A stretch of 64,000 bases of DNA from Sediminibacterium sp. (GCA_035254545.1 DATFAP010000010.1:5286-69285), one strand, 5' to 3'. Counted from the first letter of the stretch, positions 27,262 to 37,197 are shown. The notes: generated by a model from the sequence alone, not told the origin. Numbers and translations are program-made.

Positions 27262-28101
27262 TTATTGATGATATTCTACCAGTCCCTGCATAGGGGTTTT
27301 CAAAACCCTGCCAAGTTCCAGTTCATAACCGGCGCAAAGTTCTTTTAAAACATCTCTAAATCCAAATGCAATACTTCCAATAAAATGAATGGGCCGGGTC
27401 CAGCTTTCTTTATATTTATATAAGTGTGTGAAAAAGAAATCGTTCAACCCGTCTTCCAATATATTTTCAATCATGAAATGTCCCCTGTTTTCGGCCAGAA
27501 ATATGGCGAATGAAGCCAGGTAGCGGTTGGGCAGGGGCATTTTATATACATTATACAGAATGCTTTCATGGGTTTCATTGAAACGCTCCTCAAAACGGGC
27601 GCTCAGGTCCTCGTCAAATGTTTTGTAGAGGTAGTATTGGATCACTTTTTTGCCCAGGTAGGCGCCACTGCCTTCATCCCCCAGAACATACCCCAGCCCG
27701 GGGCTGTTTTTTTCAATTTTTTTTCCATTGAAATAGCAGGAATTGGAACCGGTTCCCAAAATACAGGCTATTCCTTTCCCTGTTCCACATAAGGCCCTTG
27801 CCGCCCCCATCAGGTCGTGCTGTACTTCTATGGTAGATCCGGGCAGCAGTTTTTTGAGCACCTGCTTCATGTTCCTGACATTGGCCTGATCTCTTAATCC
27901 TGTGCCGTAAAAATGTACTTCTTTTACAAAAGTCTTACCCAGCCTGGGTATGAGCTTTTGGGCCAGTATGGAAAAAGTTTCTTCAGGACTTACAAAATAG
28001 GGACTGATGGCGGGGGTGATGATCTTCTTTTTTTTGCCGTTTTCCAGCAAACACCACTCACATTTGGTAGATCCGCTGTCGGCAATCAGTATGGCAGACA
28101 T
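27262..28101 (-). CDS. BadF/BadG/BcrA/BcrD-type sugar kinase (GlcNAc/MurNAc kinase, MurK-like)
   Basis: IADSGSTKCEW and ILGTGSNS are ASKHA phosphate motifs. It lies directly upstream of murQ. Confidence 0.75.
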   Translation of the reverse strand: MSAILIADSGSTKCEWCLLENGKKKKIITPAISPYFVSPEETFSILAQKLIPRLGKTFVKEVHFYGTGLRDQANVRNMKQVLKKLLPGSTIEVQHDLMGAARALCGTGKGIACILGTGSNSCYFNGKKIEKNSPGLGYVLGDEGSGAYLGKKVIQYYLYKTFDEDLSARFEERFNETHESILYNVYKMPLPNRYLASFAIFLAENRGHFMIENILEDGLNDFFFTHLYKYKESWTRPIHFIGSIAFGFRDVLKELCAGYELELGRVLKTPMQGLVEYHQ

Positions 28102-28168
28102 AGAGAAAGTTTATTTCGGATATAAATATAGATATTTGCAGACTTACAGAAACAAATAACTGTGTTAT

Positions 28169-29758
28169 ATGGGTTCCAGAAAACTGCAGATTTGGTTGCC
28201 GCTTCTCTTCGCAATGGTGATGATTGCGGGTATGATCATCGGATTTCAGCTAAAGGAAAAAACAATGGCCTCCAGATTCCTGACGGTTTCCAGCAGATCT
28301 TCCATCCAGGAACTGACCGAATTGATCAAAAACAAATATGTAGACAAGGTTTCCGAAGACAGCATTAATGCACTGGTGGCTACCCAGTTGCTGGAACACC
28401 TGGACCCGCATTCCGTTTTCATTCCTGCGAAGGAACTGAGTGCCGTGAACGAAGAAATGATGGGCAATTTTCAGGGCATTGGCATTGAGTTCAGGATGAT
28501 TGACGATACCGTAAATGTGATGTCGGTGATGAAAAATGGTCCGGCAGAAAAAGCCGGCCTGCTTCCGGGGGACCGGCTCCTGGCAGTGTCAGATACCATT
28601 GCCGTATCCGGTAAGAAAATGGATGCAGACAGGATTCGTTCCCTGTTCAGGGGCGAGTTGAATTCTCAGGTAAAAGTGAAATACCTGCGCAATAAAAAAA
28701 TTCAATCCGTTACTATTACCCGCAATATTATTCCTGTGAATTCCATAGACGCCGCTTATCTGGTGGAACCAGGTAAGGGCTATATCCGGATCAATAAATT
28801 TGCCGAACGGACTTATGAGGAGTTTATGCAGAACCTCGAAAAACTGCAGGCGCAAAAAATGCAGAGCCTGATTGTAGACCTGCGTGGCAATGGGGGCGGG
28901 CTGATGAAGGAGGCAGTGGATATTGCCGATGAATTCCTGGATGACAATAAATTGATTGTTTATACAGAAGGAGAACATGCTCCCCGGATGGAATACCGCT
29001 GCAAACGCCCCGGCCTTTTTGAAAAAGGTAAACTGGTGGTACTGATTGATGAAACCTCTGCCTCTGCCAGCGAGGTGCTGGCTGGCGCTTTGCAGGACTG
29101 GGACCGGGCTACCATTATTGGGAGAAGGTCCTTTGGTAAAGGACTGGTGCAGCAACAGTTTCAGTTGAGTGATGGGGCTGCCGTTCGCTTAACCGTTGCC
29201 AGGTATTTCACTCCCCTGGGACGCAATATTCAGAAGTCTTATAATAAAGGAGTGAAGGCGTATCAGGATGAACTGATCAACCGCTTTCATCAAAACGATA
29301 GTTCCGCTAAGAAGGAGCCTGGTGATTCAACCAGGAAAATCTTTAAAACCCAATCCGGTAAAATTGTTTACGGCGGGGGAGGTATTACCCCCGATACCGC
29401 CATTGCGTTTGATTCCACCCGTTTCAGCAATCAGTTTATACAATTGCTGATGACCGGCTCACTCAATAATTTTGCTTACCGGTATTTTGTTCAGAACAAT
29501 GCCTTGTTCGGACAATTTAAAAGTCCGGAAAGTTTCAGTGCAGGGTATGTACCCGGAAATGCAGAATGGGTGGCCCTTACGGCTTATGCCCAAAAAGATC
29601 AGATTGACCTCTCACCGGTGAATGCAAAGGGCAAAGAGATCATTCTGAATAGGTTTAAGGCGTTGATCGCCAGACATCTATGGAGAGACCAAGGCTATTT
29701 TATGATCTCTAATCAGCATGATCCGGTCATTGGGAAAGCTCTGCAAATATTGAAATAG
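28169..29758 (+). CDS. ctp: carboxy-terminal processing protease (S41A, PDZ-containing)
   Basis: N-terminal TM, a PDZ-like GPAEKAGLLPGDRLLAV, and LIVDLRGNGGG plus SASASEVLAGALQD. Confidence 0.85.
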   Translation: MGSRKLQIWLPLLFAMVMIAGMIIGFQLKEKTMASRFLTVSSRSSIQELTELIKNKYVDKVSEDSINALVATQLLEHLDPHSVFIPAKELSAVNEEMMGNFQGIGIEFRMIDDTVNVMSVMKNGPAEKAGLLPGDRLLAVSDTIAVSGKKMDADRIRSLFRGELNSQVKVKYLRNKKIQSVTITRNIIPVNSIDAAYLVEPGKGYIRINKFAERTYEEFMQNLEKLQAQKMQSLIVDLRGNGGGLMKEAVDIADEFLDDNKLIVYTEGEHAPRMEYRCKRPGLFEKGKLVVLIDETSASASEVLAGALQDWDRATIIGRRSFGKGLVQQQFQLSDGAAVRLTVARYFTPLGRNIQKSYNKGVKAYQDELINRFHQNDSSAKKEPGDSTRKIFKTQSGKIVYGGGGITPDTAIAFDSTRFSNQFIQLLMTGSLNNFAYRYFVQNNALFGQFKSPESFSAGYVPGNAEWVALTAYAQKDQIDLSPVNAKGKEIILNRFKALIARHLWRDQGYFMISNQHDPVIGKALQILK

Positions 29759-29978
29759 CGTCTGTAACACCATGGCGGTTCCCAGAATATTAAGCGATCT
29801 CTCAGATGCAACAGAGCCGTTTTATGGAAAAGCAACAAGCTTTTATAAGTTTCCGGGCCAGTATAAACGGTTTGTTGAACCTTTCACCTAAATTAATTTT
29901 AAGATAATAATGATCGGTCCTATGTTTAGGGGCGTAAAATTATTTTTACTCCATTGTTACCCTCAAACTGACTGATCT

Positions 29979-32024
29979 ATGCTTAAATTCTTTGGTTCTG
30001 CCTCGCTTTTACTGTTTCCGTTTATCCTGTCTGCCCAAAAATATACAGTCCCTGAAACAGATTCTGCCCATCGACTGAAAGAGGTGATTGTAACGGCTAC
30101 TAAGGCCCCGGGCAGTTTTTTGCAGACCCCCTATTCCTACGTTAAAATCAGTTCAGATCAGATCAATGATTACCAGTTCCGCACTACACCGGAAGCGCTG
30201 AGTGGCGCTGCCGGCGTGTTTGTGCAGAAAACCAATCACGGTGGAGGCTCTCCTTTTGTAAGAGGGCTGACCGGTAACCAGAACCTGTTGATGATTGATG
30301 GAATCCGCCTGAATAACTCTACTTACCGCTATGGCCCCAACCAGTATTTTAATACGGTGGATATTTACAATCTGCAGTCTATTGAAGTAGTTCGTGGTAC
30401 CGGTTCCGTACAATATGGTTCCGATGCTATGGGAGGGGTGATACAGGTTTTTACCAGGGAACCTCAATTTGCCGGTAAGGCCAAATGGGGCGCTACCGTA
30501 TATGGTAAGGCTGTTAGTTCCTCCATTGAATACAGTGGCAGGACGGAGCTCAGCTACCAAAATAAAAAGATCGCTTTCCAGGGCGGTTATACAACCAGAA
30601 CTTTCGGCGACCTGCCGGGCGGTGCGGGAACCGGTGTGCAGGCACCTTCGGGATATCGTGAACAATCGTACGACCTGAAACTCAAACTGGCGCTGAATAG
30701 CAGCACCGTGCTCACCATGGCACATCAGCAACTGGTTCAGCGTGATGTGCCGTTGTATCATAAAGTGAAGCTGGAAAATTTCAAGTATTCTGTTTTTGAT
30801 CCGCAGGTGAGAAAGCTGAGTTATTTGCGCCTGGAAAAATCAACCTCCGTTCCTTTGCTCCGCAACATCACACTGATTGCTTCTGCACAACAAAACAGGG
30901 AAGAGCGTAAATACATGAAGAACGGGGCTGCCAACAAATATGAAGAAAAAGATATCATCAATACCCTGGGCCTCACCGCGGATATTTCCTCTGTATTGTC
31001 TAAAAGATGGACCGCCAACAGCGGTATTGAATATTATCACGACAAGGTGAGCAGCTCCAAAACGCAAATCACCCTAAGCTCCGGCGCTGTACTGGCACAG
31101 CGGGGTCTTTATCCGGATCAGGCCGGCACTGGTAATTTTTCGATCTTTAGTTTGCATCATATTTCCCTGAACCGTTTCCAGATTGAAGCTGGTCTCCGGT
31201 ACAATAAATTCGCCATCCGCATAGAAGATACTGCCAGTTCTGTATACAAGCTGGGAACCGTTACCGTGCGGCCCTCTTCTCTTGTTTCCAACTTTTCTTT
31301 ACTGTATAAAATCAATACTACTCAAAGCGTGTATGCTTCCTTCAGCACCGGTTACCGGGCGCCCAATATTGATGATATGGGTACCCTGGGCCTCGTAGAT
31401 TTTCGTTATGAAATTCCTGCTTATGGCCTGCGCCCGGAAAAATCTTACAATACCGAAATCGGCTACCGTTACAGCGGCAATAAATGGAAGGGTTCACTTG
31501 CTTTATTCAACATGCAGTTAACCGATCTGATCACCAGGGTGCAGGTTCCCGGGCAACAGGTGGGTGGATACAATGTGTATGTGAAGGAAAATAGTCAGGA
31601 ATCGTATGTGCGTGGTGTTGAAGCTGAACTTCAGTATAAATTTTCCAATCGTTTTATGGCAGAAACCAATGCTTCTTATGCTTATGGCCAGAACACGTCT
31701 AAGAACGAACCCCTGCGCAGGGTGCCTCCTTTTAACGGAAGAACCGCGCTTACGTATAAGGCCGGAGTGTTCCGTTACTCCATCGAAAATATCTACGCCA
31801 CCGCTCAACACCGCCTGGCGCAGGGGGATATAGACGATAACAGGATCGGGGCCGCAGGTACTGCGGGCTGGTATCTGTTGAACGTCTATGCAGGATATGA
31901 GTTAAAGGGGCTTTCCGTACGTACGGGTTTGATGAATGCATTCAATACAGATTACCGTATGCATGGTAGCGGCATTAATGGCGCGGGAAGAAATCTCTTT
32001 ATCGGATTCCGGTTAAAGATCTGA
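29979..32024 (+). CDS. TonB-dependent outer-membrane receptor
   Basis: Signal peptide, plug domain (SPFVRGLTGNQNLLMIDGIRLNN) and C-terminal barrel ending in F (...LFIGFRLKI region). Confidence 0.85.
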   Translation: MLKFFGSASLLLFPFILSAQKYTVPETDSAHRLKEVIVTATKAPGSFLQTPYSYVKISSDQINDYQFRTTPEALSGAAGVFVQKTNHGGGSPFVRGLTGNQNLLMIDGIRLNNSTYRYGPNQYFNTVDIYNLQSIEVVRGTGSVQYGSDAMGGVIQVFTREPQFAGKAKWGATVYGKAVSSSIEYSGRTELSYQNKKIAFQGGYTTRTFGDLPGGAGTGVQAPSGYREQSYDLKLKLALNSSTVLTMAHQQLVQRDVPLYHKVKLENFKYSVFDPQVRKLSYLRLEKSTSVPLLRNITLIASAQQNREERKYMKNGAANKYEEKDIINTLGLTADISSVLSKRWTANSGIEYYHDKVSSSKTQITLSSGAVLAQRGLYPDQAGTGNFSIFSLHHISLNRFQIEAGLRYNKFAIRIEDTASSVYKLGTVTVRPSSLVSNFSLLYKINTTQSVYASFSTGYRAPNIDDMGTLGLVDFRYEIPAYGLRPEKSYNTEIGYRYSGNKWKGSLALFNMQLTDLITRVQVPGQQVGGYNVYVKENSQESYVRGVEAELQYKFSNRFMAETNASYAYGQNTSKNEPLRRVPPFNGRTALTYKAGVFRYSIENIYATAQHRLAQGDIDDNRIGAAGTAGWYLLNVYAGYELKGLSVRTGLMNAFNTDYRMHGSGINGAGRNLFIGFRLKI

Positions 32025-32030
32025 TCTCCG

Positions 32031-33101
32031 TTACATTGGTTTTGTTATGCCAAACCCTGGCTGGTTGTTGATCAGCATGTGACCTTCCTCCAGCCGGAAC
32101 CCGCCTGTTACCAGGTCTTCCGCCAGATCCAGGCTTCCATCCAGATCCAGATACCGGGTATTGGGGCATGCATATGCGATATGCAGGGCTGCTGCAATGC
32201 TTAAGATGCTTTCGTCGTTGCATCCCCAGAAAAGTTCAATCCCCGCATGTTCTGCAATGCCGGCAATCTCCTGCGCCCCCAGCAAACCGCCGCATTTCAT
32301 CAGCTTAATATTGTATATGCCGAAGGGCTGTGGCTTTGCACTGAATTCCAATGCAGCAGCGGGATCCTTGATGGATTCATCACCTGTAATGATCCTTCGG
32401 GTAGCATCGTCTAATACCAGTAATTCTTTTTCTGTTCCTACCTGCATGGGTTGCTCTATCAGTTCTACGGCGCAGGATCGGGTGCCTGCTATAAACTGCC
32501 TCAGCGCCTCAATGGAGTAGCCCTGGTTGGCATCCACACGAATGGTGAATTTGTGCTGATAGCGTTCATGTAATTTTGCAATTCGCTCAATATCTTCTTC
32601 CACATTCAACCCTGTTTTTACCTTCAGCACCCTGAATCCCATCTGTGCGTATGCCGCAGCATCCGCCAATGTTTCTTCCAACGACTTGATTCCTATGGTT
32701 ACTGAAGTGGGTAAGGATTTGATCTTTCTGCCATAAAAGTCAACTACCGGGATTCCCAGGTATTTTCCAAAAGCATCATGTAATGCAAGATCAATGGCCG
32801 CCTGCGTTCCGGGCAGGTGGTGAAAATGCTTTTTGGTTTCGAAAATCAGTTGCCTGAAATGACGAATGTCCCTCCCCGTCAGGCGATGCACAAATTCGGT
32901 TTGCAGGTTCACGAGGGTATGGGCAGGGCTTTCTCCCACCACGTCTTCCGAAGGGCTTGCCGAGCCGATGCCGGTTATCCCGTTTTCCAGTTCTATTTCT
33001 GTAAACACCAGCTCCACATCGGAATAGGTGTTGTAGGCAATGGTATAGGGCTTTTTTAAAGCGAGTTTTTTGGAATAACTACGGATGGAAATGATCTTCA
33101 T
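32031..33101 (-). CDS. enolase-superfamily dipeptide (L-Ala-D/L-Glu-type) epimerase or N-acyl-amino-acid racemase
   Basis: 356 aa. VKTGLNVEEDIERI, IRVDANQGY, LIEQP and NIKLMKCGG are MLE-subgroup motifs. Confidence 0.8.
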   Translation of the reverse strand: MKIISIRSYSKKLALKKPYTIAYNTYSDVELVFTEIELENGITGIGSASPSEDVVGESPAHTLVNLQTEFVHRLTGRDIRHFRQLIFETKKHFHHLPGTQAAIDLALHDAFGKYLGIPVVDFYGRKIKSLPTSVTIGIKSLEETLADAAAYAQMGFRVLKVKTGLNVEEDIERIAKLHERYQHKFTIRVDANQGYSIEALRQFIAGTRSCAVELIEQPMQVGTEKELLVLDDATRRIITGDESIKDPAAALEFSAKPQPFGIYNIKLMKCGGLLGAQEIAGIAEHAGIELFWGCNDESILSIAAALHIAYACPNTRYLDLDGSLDLAEDLVTGGFRLEEGHMLINNQPGFGITKPM

Positions 33102-34147
33102 GCTTTCAGTTTCTTCAGTGCAGGAATAATTTTTTCTACGCCTTCCTGTATGGGCAGGAGTGCCGGTATTTTCAGGGAAGCCTCATATTGTTTTTGATAA
33201 GCATAGCACTCTTCGTCGGTGCATCCCTGGGTATTGATGGCAAGCGCTATTACATTGGCCCCGAATTTTTCAATGATCTCTATTTCGGATTCTACACTCG
33301 GAATCTTTCCCCAATGCGGATCATCGTCGAAGTAAATCCTTTTGGGGGCATGTACCAGTACTACCTGTTTGGCATTACCGGAGATCAGCAGTTCCAGGCC
33401 GCATGGACCACTGGGATTGCGTAGCGAAGACTGGCCCTCCAGGAAGATTACATCGGCACCTGTTTCCTTCCAGCAACTTACAATGGCGTGTTCCAGTTCA
33501 CCCGATACGAAATCATTGAGGGTAGAATCGAAGATGAACCCGTATTTGCCTCCCTGTAACCAACCGGTCTGACCGGTATACACCATTTCGGCTTTCAGTC
33601 CGTTGGCGATGCAAGCTTCTTTCAGCATCCTGGCAGTTGTTCGTTTGCCCATGGCACAATCCATTCCGATCACTGCAACAATGGTGGAGGTAACGTTGAA
33701 TATTTCTCCACTCCAAAAGTGCAGATCCGCTCTTTTTTTGGGCCTGCGGACGTCTATCAGTTCCACTCCAAAGTCTTTGGCCAGTTCCACTATATCTGGC
33801 CGGTCGTTCAGGTATTCATGCAGCCCGTTTACAATGGAAATTCCTTTCTGTATGGCTGCCCGAACGATCTCCAACATATCGGCCGGAAGATATCCGCCTA
33901 CCGTAGCCACGCCGATCACCAGGAACTGTATCGCATCCTGCCCTCCTGTAGCGGACTCCAGGTTGGCATATACCGGTATGTTTCTTTTTTTCCCGTCCAA
34001 TAATTCTCCGGCATCCTGCCCTGCGGTTGCTTCGTTGTCTATTACGCCTTTGATGGTGAAACGTTCCGTTCCCCTGATCAGGCCATGTGCTGTTTTAGCA
34101 TCGCTGGTTTTCAGCAATCCGTTTGTTAATACCAATGCATTGTTCAT
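33098..34147 (-). CDS. DUF1611-family protein
   Basis: ATGA-type overlap with the epimerase gene. Contains VIGMDCAMGKRTTA (P-loop-like). Start set at the ATG at 34147 because the longer track ORF would overlap the upstream gene. Confidence 0.7.
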   Translation of the reverse strand: MNNALVLTNGLLKTSDAKTAHGLIRGTERFTIKGVIDNEATAGQDAGELLDGKKRNIPVYANLESATGGQDAIQFLVIGVATVGGYLPADMLEIVRAAIQKGISIVNGLHEYLNDRPDIVELAKDFGVELIDVRRPKKRADLHFWSGEIFNVTSTIVAVIGMDCAMGKRTTARMLKEACIANGLKAEMVYTGQTGWLQGGKYGFIFDSTLNDFVSGELEHAIVSCWKETGADVIFLEGQSSLRNPSGPCGLELLISGNAKQVVLVHAPKRIYFDDDPHWGKIPSVESEIEIIEKFGANVIALAINTQGCTDEECYAYQKQYEASLKIPALLPIQEGVEKIIPALKKLKA

Positions 34148-34167
34148 TATTTCCTTGCTTTTACAGT

Positions 34168-36714
34168 TTAATGATTGTTTTTGATAAGTGTGCCGGGATA
34201 ATTTCCGGTTGCCTGTCCATTTTGGTAAATCAATACCCCGTTCACCCAAACTTTTTCAATTCCCTCCGACAGTTTAGTGCCGTTTTTTACATCCGCACGA
34301 TCTATTACGGTCGCAGGGTTGAAAAGCACGAGGTCGGCGTAATTACCGCTGCTGATAACGCCCCTGTTTTTGATGCCCAGGTGTTCTGCAGATAAGCCGG
34401 TCATTTTATATACCGCTGTTTCCAGGGGCATGAGTTTTTGTTCCCGTACATACCTCCCTAAAATTCTTGTGAAGGATCCGTGTCCGCGCGGATGTCCGCC
34501 GGATGAACCGTCTGAACAGATATTGGCGTGCGGCCAACTGATGAAATCGGCTACATCCTGGTCGTCCATGGCCTTGCCCATAATGGTTTCCGTGCTCCCC
34601 GGATAGTCGGGGTTCTTTTTGTCGAATTCGGTTGCCATGGCAATCAGAGCCATTAAGGTTGCCGATGTTTTTTCCTTTCTGATGGCGGCAATAGCACCGA
34701 CGGTTTTTCCTTCATAGGATCGCTCCGGTGCAAAGCGAATCAGTACAGACTGGTCTGCATCAAACAACTGGTTAACGGCAAATTCCGCGCTTGCCGGATT
34801 GGTATAATCCCTGTTGGGGAAGAGTATTTTAAGTGTGGAGTTCCAGAAATTATAGGGATACACATCTGCGGTAATCTGAATGCCTTCGGCTCTGGCTGTT
34901 TGTAAACGCGCCAGTAACTGTGGTGCGGTTTTCCAAAGGCCTTTTTTGGCTATTTTGACATGTGAAATCTGCACCGGGATTTTTGCATTGCGGCCTATTT
35001 CAATAATTTCTTCAACGGCTTCGTTCAGATGAATGTCTTCGCTCCGGATATGGCTGATGTACCGGCCATTGTATTGTGCAGCTACTTTGGACAATTCAAT
35101 TACTTCATCCTTGTTGGAATAAAAAGCGGATTCGTATTCCAGGCCGGTTGCCAACCCGAAAGATCCTTTTTGCATTTCGGCGGCCAGCGCCAGTTTCATG
35201 CTGTCCAGCTCTGCGGAAGTGGCTGTCCGGAACAAATTGCCTGCTCCCAGGGCCGCCCTTCTTAAGCTGGAGTGGCCGGTGTAGGAAGCCACATTCACAG
35301 CAACGGGACGTTGCCGGAAAAAGGCCGACAGGGTATCCATTGGATAACTGTCACCGTCTTGCCCGATGGCAATGGTGGTTATGCCTTGGTTGGCAGTTGG
35401 AATTGCTTCCGGTTGGGATCTCAGTCCGCCAAAATGGTGGCTGTGGGAATCGATGAATCCGGGTGCGAGTACCAATCCCTGTCCATCCGTTACGGGTTCC
35501 CCTTTAAACGGTTGCAGGTCGCCTTTTTCGGAGATGATATCGTTCTCAATTCTTACCGCGCCTTTCACGGCAGGCACACCCGTTCCGTCGATGATTTGTA
35601 CGTTGGTGATTAACTGCGTGTAGGGAATGCCGGCCCTCCTTCCTTCCAGTATATCACTAATGATTCTCCTGAATTTTCCGTTACTTCCATTGCTGAGTAC
35701 AATTACAGTGGTCTGCTGATCGAGGTTTCTGTCGATGGAATTCCTGAATCCCACCCAGCCGCCGGTATGTGATACCTGTGCGCCATTCCTGTTGATCTGC
35801 CAGCCAAAACCATAGTTTTCAGTCTTCCCATTGTTCAGCTTTACCGGGGTGAATGCTTCCTGCAGGGTTGCTGCAGAAACCAACTTACCGGTATACAATG
35901 CCTGGTCCCATTTCAACAGGTCTTCTGCCGAAGAATAGAAATTACCATCGCCCACAGCGCCATCCATTCTGATCAGGTCGTTGGGTTGATTTTTTCCATT
36001 GACCCGCTCAAAACCAAGCACTCTCGTTTGATGGGGTTGCAGGGGAACCTTCATCTGATGATAATAAGCAAAACTGTTCTTCATACCCAGGGGTGTGCAG
36101 ATGTTTTGCTGAAATACGGTTTCTATGGGCAAACCCGTAATCCGGCTGATCAGGCTGCTGAGCAGTACATATCCTGTATTGCTATATTCCCACTGGCTGC
36201 CGGGCGTAAAATGAAGGGCAGGTTGATGGGTGTTCAGTGCGTTCAGGATTTTGGCATTGGTGATGGTGTCGAGCGTATTGTTGAAACGGTCCGTCAGTTC
36301 AAAATACTCCGGTAATCCGGAAGTATGCGTCAGCAAATGCCGTATGGTGATATCGGGGTAAGGGAATGCAGGGAAATATTGCTGCAGTTTGTCTTCGTAT
36401 TGCAATTGTTGCCGTTCCTTCAGTTGCATGATCATCATCGATACGAACTGTTTGGTGAGCGATGCCAGGTTGAAGGAGGATGAGAGGGTTAAAGGCTTCC
36501 CCGAACCGACCGATGTACTTCCCGCTATTTTGGTGTATACTATTTTTCCATGGTCCGCCAGAATGACCACTCCGTTGAACATCGCTTTGTTTTCCAGTGC
36601 AGTTAATGCAGAATCAATGGTCTTGATCTGTGCAGGTTTGAACTGTGCGATAAGTGTTGAGGGCCCTGTAATAACCAGGAACAACAACAGTGCTGGTTTC
36701 AGTGTTTTTTTCAT
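34168..36714 (-). CDS. secreted fusion protein: beta-lactamase-fold serine hydrolase (N-terminal) plus N-acyl-D-amino-acid deacylase-type amidohydrolase (C-terminal)
   Basis: Signal peptide present. N-terminal SLTKQ (SxxK), YSNTGY and HTGGW. C-terminal GFIDSHSHH and CSDGSSGGHPRGHGSFTRILGRYV, typical of D-aminoacylases. Domain junction near nt 35640. Confidence 0.8.
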   Translation of the reverse strand: MKKTLKPALLLFLVITGPSTLIAQFKPAQIKTIDSALTALENKAMFNGVVILADHGKIVYTKIAGSTSVGSGKPLTLSSSFNLASLTKQFVSMMIMQLKERQQLQYEDKLQQYFPAFPYPDITIRHLLTHTSGLPEYFELTDRFNNTLDTITNAKILNALNTHQPALHFTPGSQWEYSNTGYVLLSSLISRITGLPIETVFQQNICTPLGMKNSFAYYHQMKVPLQPHQTRVLGFERVNGKNQPNDLIRMDGAVGDGNFYSSAEDLLKWDQALYTGKLVSAATLQEAFTPVKLNNGKTENYGFGWQINRNGAQVSHTGGWVGFRNSIDRNLDQQTTVIVLSNGSNGKFRRIISDILEGRRAGIPYTQLITNVQIIDGTGVPAVKGAVRIENDIISEKGDLQPFKGEPVTDGQGLVLAPGFIDSHSHHFGGLRSQPEAIPTANQGITTIAIGQDGDSYPMDTLSAFFRQRPVAVNVASYTGHSSLRRAALGAGNLFRTATSAELDSMKLALAAEMQKGSFGLATGLEYESAFYSNKDEVIELSKVAAQYNGRYISHIRSEDIHLNEAVEEIIEIGRNAKIPVQISHVKIAKKGLWKTAPQLLARLQTARAEGIQITADVYPYNFWNSTLKILFPNRDYTNPASAEFAVNQLFDADQSVLIRFAPERSYEGKTVGAIAAIRKEKTSATLMALIAMATEFDKKNPDYPGSTETIMGKAMDDQDVADFISWPHANICSDGSSGGHPRGHGSFTRILGRYVREQKLMPLETAVYKMTGLSAEHLGIKNRGVISSGNYADLVLFNPATVIDRADVKNGTKLSEGIEKVWVNGVLIYQNGQATGNYPGTLIKNNH

Positions 36715-36818
36715 GGGTTTAAATGTAATAACAGTTTGTTAGATTTTCATAAAATAGATAGTGGATAAATCAGGTGAAATGATGATAATTCTCATGTTTT
36801 GTTTTATTATATAGTTCC

Positions 36819-36826
36819 TATATTCG
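36819..36826 (+). promoter_or_regulatory. candidate Bacteroidota -7 box (TATATTCG, near-consensus TAnnTTTG) upstream of nuoA
   Basis: Lies 17 nt upstream of the nuoA ATG, with a TTTG at 36798-36801 as a possible -33 element. Confidence 0.25.
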
Positions 36827-36842
36827 TACAAATAGAAAGCAT

Positions 36843-37193
36843 ATGGGCTCTGCCTCGCTGATTGTGTTGATTATTGCCGCTGTTGCCTTTTCCGGCATCG
36901 CTATTCTCATCTCCCGATTGGTATTAAAAGCCTCCACCAACAAGCAAAAAGGCGAACCCATTGAGTGTGGTATTCCTACCGTGGGCAAAACCTGGATTCA
37001 ATTAAATGTAGGGTATTACCTTTTTGCATTGATTTTCCTGATTTTTGATGTGGAACTGGTGTTCCTTTATCCCTGGGCCGTTGTAGCGAAAACCACCGGT
37101 TGGCTGGCTTTTGCCGAAATCCTGATTTTCTTTTTTATTCTCTTCATGGGCTTCCTCTATGCGCATAAAAAAGGTGCATTGAAATGGATATAA
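36843..37193 (+). CDS. nuoA: NADH-quinone oxidoreductase subunit A
   Basis: 116 aa with 3 TM. Contains ECGIP and [12 protein letters not shown]. Confidence 0.9.
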   Translation: MGSASLIVLIIAAVAFSGIAILISRLVLKASTNKQKGEPIECGIPTVGKTWIQLNVGYYLFALIFLIFDVELVFLYPWAVVAKTTGWLAFAEILIFFFILFMGFLYAHKKGALKWI

Positions 37194-37197
37194 TAAA

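Noticed and set aside
29759-29978. 220-nt leader upstream of the TonB-dependent receptor examined for a riboswitch (cobalamin or TPP)
   Set aside because: I could not find a B12 box (GCCACTG-like), the TPP CUGAGA...ACCUGA core or any convincing conserved multi-stem structure. A covariance-model scan (Rfam/Infernal) would be the proper test.
34148-34249. N-terminal extension of the DUF1611 ORF
   Set aside because: It would overlap the 3' end of the upstream fusion gene by 82 nt. The ATG at 34147 leaves a 20-nt spacer, and the family-like sequence begins there.
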